Shown here piece after piece: positions 42,482 through 53,196 of a stretch of 64,000 bases of DNA. Numbering within the stretch: the first letter of the stretch is position 1; each line of letters opens with the position of its first letter. Below the pieces are notes generated by a model. That model saw only the letters and a program-made list of their open reading frames with translations, made no database searches and was not told the DNA's origin. This stretch comes from Planctomycetota bacterium (GTDB lineage: Bacteria; Planctomycetota; UBA8108; SXIK01), in assembly GCA_965223265.1 (NCBI GenBank), contig OZ244999.1, positions 1,184,001 through 1,248,000 on the forward strand, read 5' to 3'. The position numbers were made by a program, and so were the translations under genes.

Positions 42482-45400
42482 GTGCAGGGATTAGTATGGA
42501 CCGACTTGCACGGGGTTCGATCTTCGCGCGCGGAAACGAAGGCCAAAGTGACACCCTCGAGATCAACTCGTTCGACCTTTTTTGGACAACGCCGGCTGTT
42601 TAGCCCGTTCACGTCGCGGCGTTTCGTTTTCTACTGCCTGTGCTGCTTCGTCGTCATCGTCTCGGGCAAGATCCCCGTGGCGCTGACGACTCCCGTTTTC
42701 GCCGCAGATTGTAACGGCAACGGTGTCGTCGACCAGGACGACGTCCTTTCTCAGGCGAGCGACGACTGTAACGACAACATGGTCCCGGATGAATGCGAGT
42801 TCGCGCCCATTGAACTCGGTCTCGGGCCGGAGAAATATCCTCTCGAGTCGCTCACTCTCATGTTCGTTGCCGGCGATTTCAACTCAGACGAGCTCCGAGA
42901 TGTCGTCGTTGTTCAGTGGCAGTGGGAAGATCAGGACAACGTGCTCGAGGTGTTTCTCGGCCGGCAGGACAGAACGCTCGAGCGCCAAACGATCGCGCAC
43001 CTTGGAATCCATCGGCGCTTGAGAATCCTGGCGCCTGCCGACTTCGATGGAGATGGAGACACCGACATCGTCGCTTACGCCGGAGCGTCTCAGATCGTCG
43101 TGGTGGAGTGCCTCGGTGCGGGTGACTTCGCCCCACCTCGGATCCACCAGGGATCGGTCACGAACGGATTGGCGGTCGGCGACGTCAACGGCGACGGTCG
43201 CCCCGATGTCGTAACGACAAACCGGCTTCAGCAAACGATCGACGTCTTCGTCCAAACCGGCGACGGCTCGCTCGCGGAGGCTGGAGCGTTTCCAGTGAGC
43301 GGCAAGGCTCCAGCCTCGATCGCCGTCGGAGATTTGGACGGTGACCGCGCCCTCGATGTGGTCACCCTCGACAGGGGCACACAATCGTTGTCGCTCCTCA
43401 TCAATCAAGGGGGTGGAGATTTCAGCGACGCGATGCGCGTTGACGTCGGCGCGGACTTCGCGTCGTGGGTTCGCGTCGCCGACATCGACGACGACGGCGA
43501 CCTCGACATTCTTGTACGATTCGACGACAGGTTGGTCGTCTACGCGAATCGCGGCAACGCCGAGATGGAACCGCCGCGTTCGATCGACATCGACCAGATC
43601 GAAACCGTTCTGACTGACATCGACTCAGACGGCGATCTCGACGTGATCGTCGCCGATCCCGATCGTCGCATCGGAATTTTCGCGAATGTGGGCGGCGGTG
43701 TCCTTGTTCGCGGGTCAGCGATTCCCGCCGAAGCCCAGTTCGTCGCCCCGGGAGATTTTGATGGAGATGGCGAGGTCGACCTTGCTGTGGTCTCTGACGA
43801 CCCTGGTCGCGTCGAAGTCCTCTATCATGGCCTGACCGATCGCGTCCAGTTTGATTTCGTGACGACTCCACTCTCGAGTCGATCCAGACCTCATCAAATC
43901 GCTCTTGGGGATTTCGATGGCGACGGGCTTGCCGACGTCGTCGCTGCCAATAGCAATCTCTCGGATGCCTACACCGTGGCTTTCAATCGGGGCGATGGCA
44001 GTTTCGGTCCGATTCTGCACATCCCGTTGCCGGTGAATGGCGTCTCGCGTACTGTGGACACCGGAGATCTCGATGGCGATGGTGATATTGACATATTTCT
44101 CGGAGATATCGGCAGGTCCCATCCCATCGGCAGCAACGTCGCGGTGATGGAAAACCTCGGCGAGCGGAAGTTTGCCGCCGCCGTTCAGTACCCGGTTGGA
44201 GCGGGTAACGCTACGCACAACGTCGATGTTGCCGACATGGACGGCGACGGCGACCTCGACGCCCTGGCTGTCTCCGAGAGTGGTTTCGTGTTCACGTGGC
44301 GCAACGACGGCAGTGGCGTGTTGACAGATTTCACTGAGATACCCGTCGGTGTTGGTCCGTATTGGGGAGAGACTGCGGATCTGGATCGGGACGGTGACCT
44401 GGACTACGCCGTCTCGGACCGCAAGGGCTTCGCGCTACACGTTCTCTCGAACCGCGGCGACGGCGTCTTCGACCAGATCGACCGCTATGCCTTGCCCGCC
44501 AATCCGCGCATCCTCGTCGCTTCCGATCTCGATCGGGACGGGGACGTGGATCTCTTGGTGCCCAACGGCATGGCGGTTTCGATTCTGAGAAACCGAGGCG
44601 ATGGAAAGTTCGACGCACCCGTGTCGCACAACATCGAGCGCGAACCCTATTCGGCGGTCGCCCTTGATTTCGACGGCGACGGCATCCTCGACATTGGCAC
44701 AGCCAACGAGTTCTCCGGCAGCATCAGCATCCTCACAGGGCGCCGAGACGGCGGCTACAACCCTCCCTTTCACCTCCCGGCCGGACAAGGAGTGCGACAT
44801 GCGATCGCCGAAGACATGGACCTCGATGGCGACGTCGACATCGTCGTCGGCAATCGCCCGGTCAACTCGCTCACAGTTCTCTTGAACCCCGCGTCCGACA
44901 CGACGACAAACAGTGTCGGCGATTTCCGTGAGGCGATTTGCACGCCGCGCGATTTCCATGACCTCTCGATACGATCGAGCTTCGCCCCAGTTGAACGTGC
45001 GCTCAAGTTTCTGGCGCCCGCGACGGACGACCCGGCGCTCCTTCCCACCGTTTACCAAAATACGAATCGTTTCCGTCTCCATCAGGATTTTCTCGCCGCC
45101 GCGTTTCCAGAACGCTTTCCGTCACTCACAACCGAAGAGTACGGCGATCTCGTCAACCGTCGAGCCCTGCGGCAGTACTACGCCGGAGTGATCAACCTCG
45201 TACGAACGGAGGACGGTCTGGCCTACGGGTTCAACGTCCTCGTGGACTCATCGGACGTCAGCGAGCTTCTCGTCGAAAGCGAAGTCGCCGCCGTCTATGA
45301 GACGCTGCGAGCATCGTTCGCCCTGGAACCACTCGGCTACTTTCCGCAGACGAATCTCGAACGCGAACTCGCCTCGACCTGGGCAAACCCCGCGTTCCCG

Positions 45401-48088
45401 ATCTTCACCGACACCGGTCCCACGGGAACCTATCAGCCCTACACTCGGGGCGTGGCCTTCGGTCGTGTCCGATTGCTTGACCGAGACGCCTTCGACCGTC
45501 GCAACGAACGCGGCCAGTTCACCTTTCAGGACATTCTCGTTCTCGATCACGCACCGCGGGACGTCGAGGCAGTGGTCGCAGCACTCCTCACAAGCGAACC
45601 GCAAACGGAGAATAGTCACACCTTTCTGCGCATGGCGATTCGGAGCACTCCCAACGCCTTTGTTGCCGATGCCCTCGCCGCTCTGGCTCCCTACGGCGAC
45701 AAGCTCGTCCGCTTGGAGGTTCGGGAGACGGAGTTCATGGTCAGGGAGGCTGACCTGGAGGAAGCCCAGGCCTTTTGGCAGGTCAATCGACCGAGCCTTG
45801 AGAAGTCGCCCGGCCTCGACGTCAGCTTCACGGAGCTTTCGAGTCTCGAGGACATCGCCAGAATGGAGCTCGCGGGTGACACGACGCTCGTCGCTCGCTT
45901 CGGTGGCAAAGCCACCAATCTCGCCAGGCTGCAATCGGTCCTCGACGCGCCTGAGTATCGCCACTATCAGGAAAAGGGCTTCGCGATTCCCATGCACTCC
46001 TACGTCGAGTTCATGCGTTCCAATCGAGCGCCGTCAGCACTCGACCCGCAGCGAATGGTCAGCTACGAAGCGTATCTGGATGAACTCTTCGATGACCCGG
46101 AGTTTCAAACCGACTCCGACTTTCGTTTCACAGCGCTCGAGAATCTTCGTGACCGCATACGCGACGAGGGCGTCGTCTCACCCGAGCTGATCTCTCGGAT
46201 CGCCGCGCGTATCGTCGAAGTCATGGGTACGCCCTCGACGACGCGCGTGCGCTTCCGCTCTTCGTCCAACATCGAGGACGACATTCAGTTCAACGGTGCG
46301 GGGCTCTACGACTCGACGTCGGGGTGTCCAGAGGACGACCTCGACACCGACACGTTCGGTCCGTCGCACTGCGATGCGACGCGCGACGAAGAACGTACGA
46401 TCGCCCGTGCTCTCAAACGTGTGTGGCGAAGTTTGTGGAACTTTAAGGCCTACGAAGAGCGCGCGTTTTTCGGCGTTGATCAAAGGGTCGCTGCGATGGC
46501 TGTCCTCGTCAATCGTACGTTTGTCGATGAGGCTTCCAACGGCGTCGCTTTCACCGGCAACGTCACCAATCCTCAGGACCGCCGTTACGTGATTACGGCT
46601 CAGGTCGGTGAGGAAAGCGTTGTCAGTCCTGAGCCCGGTGTGCGAGCCGAGAAGAATCTACTGACGGTTGCCGGCGGCGTGGTTGAAGAGATTCTTCGCG
46701 CCGCGAGCTCGACTCTGCTTGAGCCGGGCCGCGTCGTGCTCACGAACGATCAACTTCACGAGCTCGGCAGTCTCATGTGGCACATCGATCAGAACTTTCC
46801 CGTCGAGTTGGGAAACTTTAGCCGCGACCAGGTTCTTCTCGACATGGAGTTCAAGTTCATGCCCGACGGAGAGCTCGCTATCAAACAGGTCCGCCCGTTT
46901 CTCCTCAGCGTGACGCCGCTTCCCACACCTGAGTTCGAGCTCGAGATCCCTTCCGGCACCGAGGTGTGCAGTGTCTACGTCCCGTTTCGTCAACCGGCCG
47001 ACGCCTACGCTGCCAAGAGCACACTGCGACTGACCGCAGGACTCACTACTCTGCAGAGCAGTGCGGAACGCGTCGAGGCAACTCTGATCGAAGAGCTCGT
47101 GTTCGGGCCTGATCAGGAAACGGCAGTCGCCGCCGGCGATGGCGAGCTCAGGCTTCAGCGCGTTGCCGCGGCCGATGACGTCACGTCCTATATCTTTACC
47201 TACTCGCAGTCCTTCTCTCTCGCCGACGGCTCCCGTCTCGAGGTTTCCAGTCGCCTGCGCTTCCGCGCCCGCGGCGACGAGGTGCTCGACGGCGGTCGAC
47301 TCGTTTTGGACGACGCTTTTTTCACAGCGGAACCTGGAAACGAGGCTTTCCTCGCCAGCGTTAACGGCGTCCCGACGATCCGCTACGGCTCCTGTGATCT
47401 CCAGGGGCTGCGAACGATCGAGGTCTTCGCCGAGTTCGCAGACGGCACCCGCCTCGAACTCATCGAGCGCATCGCCGACGAAGACGACCAGTCCTTTTTT
47501 GCCGCCCCGGCCACGCTCAGCCATGCTCAAGCGACCTTCAGCGATGGCCAGACGCGTCAAACCAGCAGTTACTGGCAACTCGTCTACGCCGCTGAAAACC
47601 ACAACGATCCGGTCGACTACTGGCTCGTCTTGGACGTACCAGAGCCGCTTCCAGGTATCGACGGCGACGTCTTTGCTCTTGAGTTCAGAGCGCCCCCGAC
47701 CTTTCGAGAGACACCGGGCGGCCGTGCCGGCGAGCTTGTCTATTTGGGTGCAGATCTGTCGCCTCTCAAGCGAGCCCAACTGACAGCGTTCTCGCGTGCC
47801 GAGCGCATGGAAACTCTCTTTCGGCGCGGCGACGTTGAGGCGGACGGCGCCATAGGCATCGACGATCCGCTCTACCTACTCAACTGGCTCTTTCGCCGCG
47901 GCCCCGCTCCACCTTGCGAGCGAGCCGCCGATGTGAACGACGACGGCCGACTCAACCTCAGCGATGCCGTCGTCCTTCTGCTCCACCTCTTCCGCGGCTT
48001 ATCGCTGCCAGAGCCTGCGGAGATCTGTGGCGTCGGAGGTGAGAGTTCACTGAGCTGCGAGGCTTTCCCAAGTTGTACGAATCGGTGA
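42482..48088 (+). CDS. Large secreted protein: FG-GAP/VCBS repeats + PEP/pyruvate-binding (PPDK_N, ATP-grasp) domain + dockerin-like domain (start uncertain)
   Basis: Many 'GDxDGDGDxD' repeats; 'FGGKATNL', 'RFRSSSNIEDD..FNGAGLYDS', 'DMEFK..IKQVRP'; 'FRRGD..DVNDDGRLNLSDAV'. Confidence 0.85.
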   Translation: MQGLVWTDLHGVRSSRAETKAKVTPSRSTRSTFFGQRRLFSPFTSRRFVFYCLCCFVVIVSGKIPVALTTPVFAADCNGNGVVDQDDVLSQASDDCNDNMVPDECEFAPIELGLGPEKYPLESLTLMFVAGDFNSDELRDVVVVQWQWEDQDNVLEVFLGRQDRTLERQTIAHLGIHRRLRILAPADFDGDGDTDIVAYAGASQIVVVECLGAGDFAPPRIHQGSVTNGLAVGDVNGDGRPDVVTTNRLQQTIDVFVQTGDGSLAEAGAFPVSGKAPASIAVGDLDGDRALDVVTLDRGTQSLSLLINQGGGDFSDAMRVDVGADFASWVRVADIDDDGDLDILVRFDDRLVVYANRGNAEMEPPRSIDIDQIETVLTDIDSDGDLDVIVADPDRRIGIFANVGGGVLVRGSAIPAEAQFVAPGDFDGDGEVDLAVVSDDPGRVEVLYHGLTDRVQFDFVTTPLSSRSRPHQIALGDFDGDGLADVVAANSNLSDAYTVAFNRGDGSFGPILHIPLPVNGVSRTVDTGDLDGDGDIDIFLGDIGRSHPIGSNVAVMENLGERKFAAAVQYPVGAGNATHNVDVADMDGDGDLDALAVSESGFVFTWRNDGSGVLTDFTEIPVGVGPYWGETADLDRDGDLDYAVSDRKGFALHVLSNRGDGVFDQIDRYALPANPRILVASDLDRDGDVDLLVPNGMAVSILRNRGDGKFDAPVSHNIEREPYSAVALDFDGDGILDIGTANEFSGSISILTGRRDGGYNPPFHLPAGQGVRHAIAEDMDLDGDVDIVVGNRPVNSLTVLLNPASDTTTNSVGDFREAICTPRDFHDLSIRSSFAPVERALKFLAPATDDPALLPTVYQNTNRFRLHQDFLAAAFPERFPSLTTEEYGDLVNRRALRQYYAGVINLVRTEDGLAYGFNVLVDSSDVSELLVESEVAAVYETLRASFALEPLGYFPQTNLERELASTWANPAFPIFTDTGPTGTYQPYTRGVAFGRVRLLDRDAFDRRNERGQFTFQDILVLDHAPRDVEAVVAALLTSEPQTENSHTFLRMAIRSTPNAFVADALAALAPYGDKLVRLEVRETEFMVREADLEEAQAFWQVNRPSLEKSPGLDVSFTELSSLEDIARMELAGDTTLVARFGGKATNLARLQSVLDAPEYRHYQEKGFAIPMHSYVEFMRSNRAPSALDPQRMVSYEAYLDELFDDPEFQTDSDFRFTALENLRDRIRDEGVVSPELISRIAARIVEVMGTPSTTRVRFRSSSNIEDDIQFNGAGLYDSTSGCPEDDLDTDTFGPSHCDATRDEERTIARALKRVWRSLWNFKAYEERAFFGVDQRVAAMAVLVNRTFVDEASNGVAFTGNVTNPQDRRYVITAQVGEESVVSPEPGVRAEKNLLTVAGGVVEEILRAASSTLLEPGRVVLTNDQLHELGSLMWHIDQNFPVELGNFSRDQVLLDMEFKFMPDGELAIKQVRPFLLSVTPLPTPEFELEIPSGTEVCSVYVPFRQPADAYAAKSTLRLTAGLTTLQSSAERVEATLIEELVFGPDQETAVAAGDGELRLQRVAAADDVTSYIFTYSQSFSLADGSRLEVSSRLRFRARGDEVLDGGRLVLDDAFFTAEPGNEAFLASVNGVPTIRYGSCDLQGLRTIEVFAEFADGTRLELIERIADEDDQSFFAAPATLSHAQATFSDGQTRQTSSYWQLVYAAENHNDPVDYWLVLDVPEPLPGIDGDVFALEFRAPPTFRETPGGRAGELVYLGADLSPLKRAQLTAFSRAERMETLFRRGDVEADGAIGIDDPLYLLNWLFRRGPAPPCERAADVNDDGRLNLSDAVVLLLHLFRGLSLPEPAEICGVGGESSLSCEAFPSCTNR

Positions 48089-48232
48089 CTCACCGGCGGC
48101 GCCACCTATCGCTCCTCCCAGAAAGAAAAACGACTCGAAGTGTGTGTCGTTCAAAGCTCAAAGGGATGCAAAGGCTTTCGTTTTGTCCGCTCGCCTGAGA
48201 AACTTATGTATTCAAGAACTGGTGTCTGGAAG

Positions 48233-48290
48233 AGTAGCAGGCACACTCCGTGTGCCGTAGTCTGGAAAAAAGGTAGACGGCGGCACACGG
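48233..48290. repeat. Palindromic intergenic repeat, partial copy
   Basis: AGTAGCAGGCACACTCCGTGTGCCGT...CGGCACACGG; related to the copies at 51661 and 59121. Confidence 0.75.
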
Positions 48291-48339
48291 CCACCTTGGT
48301 GTACCGACAATCAATCGAACCTGAGAAGGAAGACATCCC

Positions 48340-49617
48340 ATGGCCCAGCGAAACGCGTCTTTGACTCGACGACAGTTCGTTAAGAAGGCAGTCGGAGCAG
48401 GCGCTGTCTTAGCCGCACCTTGCATCGTCCCTGGGTCTGCTCTGGGCCTCCGCGGCGCGGTTCCCCCGAGTGAGCGCATCACGGTGGCGGGACTCGGGAT
48501 CGGTCCTCGTGGCCAGCGTGTCCAGAGAGATTTTCTTTCGCAAGGAGACGTTCAGTTCGTCGCGGTCTGTGACGTGCGCTCCGTTCGGCGGAAAGCCATC
48601 AAAGACGTCACCGATCAGCACTACGGCAGTCAGGACTGCGTCACCTATCGCGACATGTTCGAGCTGCTGGACCGAAAGGATATCGATGCGGTGCTGATCG
48701 CAACGGGAGACCGTTGGCACACGATGGCCTCGGTCTTGGCAGCGAAAGCCGGGAAAGACATCTACTGTGAAAAGCCGTGCTCGATGACGATCGCCGAGAG
48801 TCGAGAACTCTCCGACACGATCCGCCGAACGGGAGTCATCTATCAGGCGGGGACGCAGCGGCGTAACGTCGCCAACTTCGTCTTTGCGATCGAACTGGCG
48901 CACAGCGGCAAGCTCGGTAATCTTCACACCGTGCACGCTAATACGCTCAACCCACCGACGAAGCAAGACTGGCTGCCGGCCGAAAAGCAACCGCCCGTCG
49001 ACGAGGTGGATTGGGATCGTTGGCTCGGCCCCTGTCCCTGGCGTCCCTACAACTCGCAGTACGTGCGCGGCGGTTGGCGCGGCTTCTTTGACTTCCACGG
49101 CGGCGGCATCCTCGAGTGGGGTTCGCACACAGTCGATCTCTGTCAGTGGGCGAATCAAGCGGACGACACTGCTCCGGTCGAGTACGAACCGCGTGGCGAC
49201 GGCCTTGTCGCTCGCTATGCCAATGGCGTGAAGCTCGTTATGCGCACGGGCGGCTGGCTCGGCCTTGGAACCTGTAGCGTGCGCTTCGAGGGTGACGAGG
49301 GCTGGGTCGAGGCCGGGGACACCGGCAGGCTCGCGCTCCACCCGGCATCGCTTCGCCTCAAAAAGCCGATCGTTTCAGGCCGGGGCACCGCGCCAGGCGA
49401 TCACGTCCGCGAGTTTCTCGACTGCGTGAAATCGAGAAAGCTCCCGCGCGCATACGCGAGCGTGGCAGCGCAATCCCATGTCGCTTGTCACGCGGCTTAT
49501 ATCTCCTGGCAGCTCGGAAGAAAACTGACGTTCGATCCGGTCAAGGAAGAGTTTGCCGGTGACGAAGAGGCCAACCGCATGCGCTCACGTGCCAAGCGCG
49601 AGCCTTGGCGCGTTTGA
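48340..49617 (+). CDS. Tat-exported Gfo/Idh/MocA oxidoreductase
   Basis: 'TRRQFVK', 'IATGDRWH', 'KDIYCEKP', 'WDRWLGP'. Confidence 0.92.
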   Translation: MAQRNASLTRRQFVKKAVGAGAVLAAPCIVPGSALGLRGAVPPSERITVAGLGIGPRGQRVQRDFLSQGDVQFVAVCDVRSVRRKAIKDVTDQHYGSQDCVTYRDMFELLDRKDIDAVLIATGDRWHTMASVLAAKAGKDIYCEKPCSMTIAESRELSDTIRRTGVIYQAGTQRRNVANFVFAIELAHSGKLGNLHTVHANTLNPPTKQDWLPAEKQPPVDEVDWDRWLGPCPWRPYNSQYVRGGWRGFFDFHGGGILEWGSHTVDLCQWANQADDTAPVEYEPRGDGLVARYANGVKLVMRTGGWLGLGTCSVRFEGDEGWVEAGDTGRLALHPASLRLKKPIVSGRGTAPGDHVREFLDCVKSRKLPRAYASVAAQSHVACHAAYISWQLGRKLTFDPVKEEFAGDEEANRMRSRAKREPWRV

Positions 49618-49632
49618 GGGACGGAGAGACAA

Positions 49633-51621
49633 ATGAATCAGATCAACACCATGTCGAGATGCTCGCTCTCTTCAAGTTTGCGCGTGCCGCTTGCCTTGAC
49701 GGTTCTGCTGTTCGCGGCGTCGTCCGCAGCGCTGCGTGCTGAGAATACCGCGACCGAGAACGACGAGTCGAAACTTATCGCGGTTTTGGCATCCGATGCC
49801 GGAGTCTTCGACAAGGCTAAGGCATGTCAGCGTCTTGCTGTAGTCGGTGGCAAGGAGGCAGTTCCGGCGCTCGCGAAGCTCCTCGGTGACAGCAGCCTGG
49901 CGCACTACGCACGTTTCGGCCTTGAGCCGAACCCGGATCCCTCGGCCGCTGAGGCGCTCCGAGCGGCGCTCGCGAGACTTGGGGGCGATCTTCGCATCGG
50001 CGTCATCAACTCGATCGGTGCACGGCGCGATTCCGAGGCGCTCGGCGAGCTATCGAGCCTTCTTGGAGATTCTGACGCACGAGTCTCTGCGGCCGCAGCG
50101 ACCGCACTCGGCCGCATCGGCACGCCGGAGTCGGCCGGAGCCCTGCGGGCTGCGCTCGGGAAGGCCGCGGGTCAGCGGCGCGCGGCGATCGCTCGCGCTT
50201 GCCTCAGCTGTTCGGAAGCGCTTCTCAAGGACGGCAAGGCCGAGCCTGCCGTTGCAACCTACGAGGCGGCGCGCCAAGCGGACGGCATCCCAGAGCGCAT
50301 TCGGATGGCCGCGCTCCGCGGTTCCCTCCTCGCGCGCGGCGCGACGGGCTTGCCTATGCTTGAGAAGACGCTACGGGCGAAGAACGAGGCGGCGTTCGAC
50401 ATGGCGCTCGTCGCGGTCCGGGAAGTGCCGGGGCGCACCGTAACTGAGGCCGTGGTTGCCTCGCTGGATGGCCTCTCGCCGACGCGAAAGGCGAAACTGC
50501 TCAGCGCCCTCGGCGAGCGCGATGACCGCGCCGCTTTGCCTGCCGTGCTCGAGGCAAGTCAAAGCGGCGAGGCGAGAGTGCGCGCTGCAGCGATCAGCGC
50601 GCTTGGATCCCTGGGAGATGTCTCCGCAGTCCCGGTACTCCTCGCGGTGGCGGCCAAATTCGACGCAGAGACCGCCAAGCTTGCGCGGACGACACTGGGG
50701 AGCCTGCCGGGAGACGACATCGATGAGGCACTTTTGAAAAGACTCACCGATGGGGGCGAGACGAAACTCCGCGCCTCGCTTCTCGACGCCGTGGGCGAAC
50801 GCGGACTTCACGCGGCGGTGCCGACGCTCTCGAAGGCGGTGGTTGACGGTGACGCTCGGGTGCGGCTTGCAGCCATTCGCTCGCTGGGACTTACTGTGGT
50901 TCTCGACGAGCTCACGCTCCTCACTGATGCACTGGCCCGGGCAAAGACTCCCAAGGAGAAGGATGCGGTCATCCGCGCGCTCCAGTCAGCCGCACGGCGG
51001 ATGCCCGACGCGGATGCGTGCGCGGCCAAGCTTGCCGGTGCCCTGTCGCATGCCACGGTTGAGGACAAGACTCTCCTTCTCGGCGTCTTCTCCCAGCTTG
51101 AAGGCGAGAGCGCACTCGATGCGGTGTCCGGTATCGCTCGCGATGCCAACCCCGAGATCCGTGCGGCCGCGACCACGGCTCTCGGCGGTTGGCAAAATGA
51201 GAAGGCGGCCTACCGCCTCTTGAGCCTGCTCGAGGCATCGGAAGACATGGGGGACCGCACGCGCGTGCTCGAGGCCTTCAGCGGTCTCGTCCGCAGACTC
51301 GGGTTTCCGAGGCACGAGCGCATCGGCGTTTGTGAGAAGGCGATGGCGCTTTCGCGTGACGACTCCGAGCGCAAGATCGTCATCCACGCGCTTGCAGGAA
51401 TCCCAGCCACCGAGACGCTCGAGGTGCTCGCGACCTATCTTTCCAAGCCGGGCATCCGGGAGGCGGCCAGCGAGGCGGCACTCGTCATCTCAGAGCGCAT
51501 CGTTCGCGGACGCCGGGAAGCGGTCGCGAAGTGCATGAAACAGGTTCTCTCGGTAACCCAAAACGCCGACACAAAGAAGCGTGCGGACACGCTGCTGAAG
51601 CAGGCGGAGGGTAAACTTTAG
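49633..51621 (+). CDS. HEAT-repeat protein, secreted
   Basis: Signal peptide; repeats such as 'VRAAAISALGSLGD'. Confidence 0.85.
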   Translation: MNQINTMSRCSLSSSLRVPLALTVLLFAASSAALRAENTATENDESKLIAVLASDAGVFDKAKACQRLAVVGGKEAVPALAKLLGDSSLAHYARFGLEPNPDPSAAEALRAALARLGGDLRIGVINSIGARRDSEALGELSSLLGDSDARVSAAAATALGRIGTPESAGALRAALGKAAGQRRAAIARACLSCSEALLKDGKAEPAVATYEAARQADGIPERIRMAALRGSLLARGATGLPMLEKTLRAKNEAAFDMALVAVREVPGRTVTEAVVASLDGLSPTRKAKLLSALGERDDRAALPAVLEASQSGEARVRAAAISALGSLGDVSAVPVLLAVAAKFDAETAKLARTTLGSLPGDDIDEALLKRLTDGGETKLRASLLDAVGERGLHAAVPTLSKAVVDGDARVRLAAIRSLGLTVVLDELTLLTDALARAKTPKEKDAVIRALQSAARRMPDADACAAKLAGALSHATVEDKTLLLGVFSQLEGESALDAVSGIARDANPEIRAAATTALGGWQNEKAAYRLLSLLEASEDMGDRTRVLEAFSGLVRRLGFPRHERIGVCEKAMALSRDDSERKIVIHALAGIPATETLEVLATYLSKPGIREAASEAALVISERIVRGRREAVAKCMKQVLSVTQNADTKKRADTLLKQAEGKL

Positions 51622-51660
51622 CGCGAAAGCTCTAGCGTCGAGTTTGTGCATTGGCCAGTA

Positions 51661-51891
51661 AAGTGGCAGGCACACGTGTGCCGTCGCTCTCTTTGGGTCC
51701 CCTCGCCCCATCGCGAGCTGCGCAGGCTTGGCGTGAGTTTCTTCCGTTCACGCAGAGTTCGCCGAGCTCGCAAAGGAAGACGCGAGACACAACGACAGAG
51801 AGGTGGGGCACGTCAGAAGATTCACAGGCTTCTCCGCGCGCCGTCGCCAGAAGTCGAGACCGGACGGCACACAGGAGTGTGCCTGCTACTT
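51661..51891. repeat. Palindromic intergenic repeat with arms about 180 bp apart
   Basis: AAGTGGCAGGCACACGTGTGCCGTC ... GACGGCACACAGGAGTGTGCCTGCTACTT. Confidence 0.75.
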
Positions 51892-51930
51892 CTCCGGACA
51901 GGCAAGTTGAGGTTTAAGGAGATCGTTTTC

Positions 51931-53196
51931 ATGAGAGCTTTTCAGCGGACATTGATCGGAACATTGCTGGTCGCGGTTGCATTGGCACCCTATTGTGCCA
52001 ACGCTAGCGAGTCCTCGCCGCTTGCTCTTGTGAGCGTCGAAGCGGGCGATCGCGATCGCATGGACACTCCCGTCGCCGTCACCCTTCCTCAGACGCTCCG
52101 CGCTTTCGGCGACTTGTGTCTGATCGAGACCACGAACGCTTCCCGCACGTTGGTACCGCTGCAGATCGAAGCCAGTGAGCCGCCGAAGCTGTGGTTTGTC
52201 CTTCGTGGAAAGACCAAGGCGAACTCGGCGCGCCGCTTCGAGCTCTGCCGCGGCCCGGGAATCACGACGGCCGGTGTGCGCATGCAGCTGACTCCGAAGA
52301 CGCTCGACGTGACGATGGGGGGCGAGCGGTTGTTCAGCTACAATCACCGCCACGTGGTTCCGCCCAAGGGGATCAAGCCGGACTACATCCGCAGTGGTTA
52401 CATTCACCCGATGTTCAGCCCGTCCGGCGAGCTCGTCACTGAAGACTTCCCAGACGATCACCTACACCACAAGGGGATTTGGTTCCCCTGGACAAAGACT
52501 GAGTTCGACGGCCATGAAGTGGACTTTTGGAATCTCGGTAAGAATCAGGGCACGGTCCAATTCGCCGGCTTCGAAGGATTCGAAAACGGTCCCGTCTACG
52601 CTCGCTTCCGCGCGAAGCACCAGTTCGTCGATTTGACCCAGGGCCCCAGCGGCAAAGTCGCGCTGAACGAGATCTGGGACGTCCGCGTCTGGAACGTGGG
52701 AGGGCCGGCGCCGTCCGGCAAGGGATATTGGCTGTGGGACATCACGAGCCAGCAAAGCTGCGCCTCGGACAGCCCGCTTCACCTCAAAGCCTATCGCTAT
52801 GGAGGCTTCGCCTTCCGTGGTGCCGAGGAGTGGGACGGTGACAACTATGTCCTGCTCACCTCGGAAGGAAAGACGAAAGAGAACGGTCACACCACCCGCG
52901 CGAAATGGTGCGCGCACAGTGGCGCGGTGGAAGAAAAGTGGTCGACGGTGGTGATCCTCTGCCACCCGAAGAACGAGCGTTTCCCGGAGCCGATGCGGAT
53001 TTGGGCCAAGGGAGGCGCCTTCTTCAACTACACACCGATCCAGCAGCAGCCGCTCGACCTCAAACCTGGCGAGGTGCATCGGTTCCGCTACCGTCTTTTC
53101 GTGCACACCGGGCCGATCGACAAGGCCGCGGCTGAAAGCGTCTGGCAGGACTTTGCGGCTCCGCCGGTGGCGACGCTGAAGGTCGTCGGGTCGTAG
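51931..53196 (+). CDS. 'PmoA family'/DUF6807 protein (not a methane monooxygenase)
   Basis: 'YIHP..SPSG..VTEDFPDDHLHHKGIW', 'YGGFAFR', 'HPKN'; signal peptide. Confidence 0.75.
   Translation: MRAFQRTLIGTLLVAVALAPYCANASESSPLALVSVEAGDRDRMDTPVAVTLPQTLRAFGDLCLIETTNASRTLVPLQIEASEPPKLWFVLRGKTKANSARRFELCRGPGITTAGVRMQLTPKTLDVTMGGERLFSYNHRHVVPPKGIKPDYIRSGYIHPMFSPSGELVTEDFPDDHLHHKGIWFPWTKTEFDGHEVDFWNLGKNQGTVQFAGFEGFENGPVYARFRAKHQFVDLTQGPSGKVALNEIWDVRVWNVGGPAPSGKGYWLWDITSQQSCASDSPLHLKAYRYGGFAFRGAEEWDGDNYVLLTSEGKTKENGHTTRAKWCAHSGAVEEKWSTVVILCHPKNERFPEPMRIWAKGGAFFNYTPIQQQPLDLKPGEVHRFRYRLFVHTGPIDKAAAESVWQDFAAPPVATLKVVGS

Noticed and set aside
51931-53196. Methane monooxygenase suggested by the 'PmoA family' label
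   Set aside because: Soluble secreted protein with no pmoB or pmoC; the context is a Gfo/HEAT cluster.
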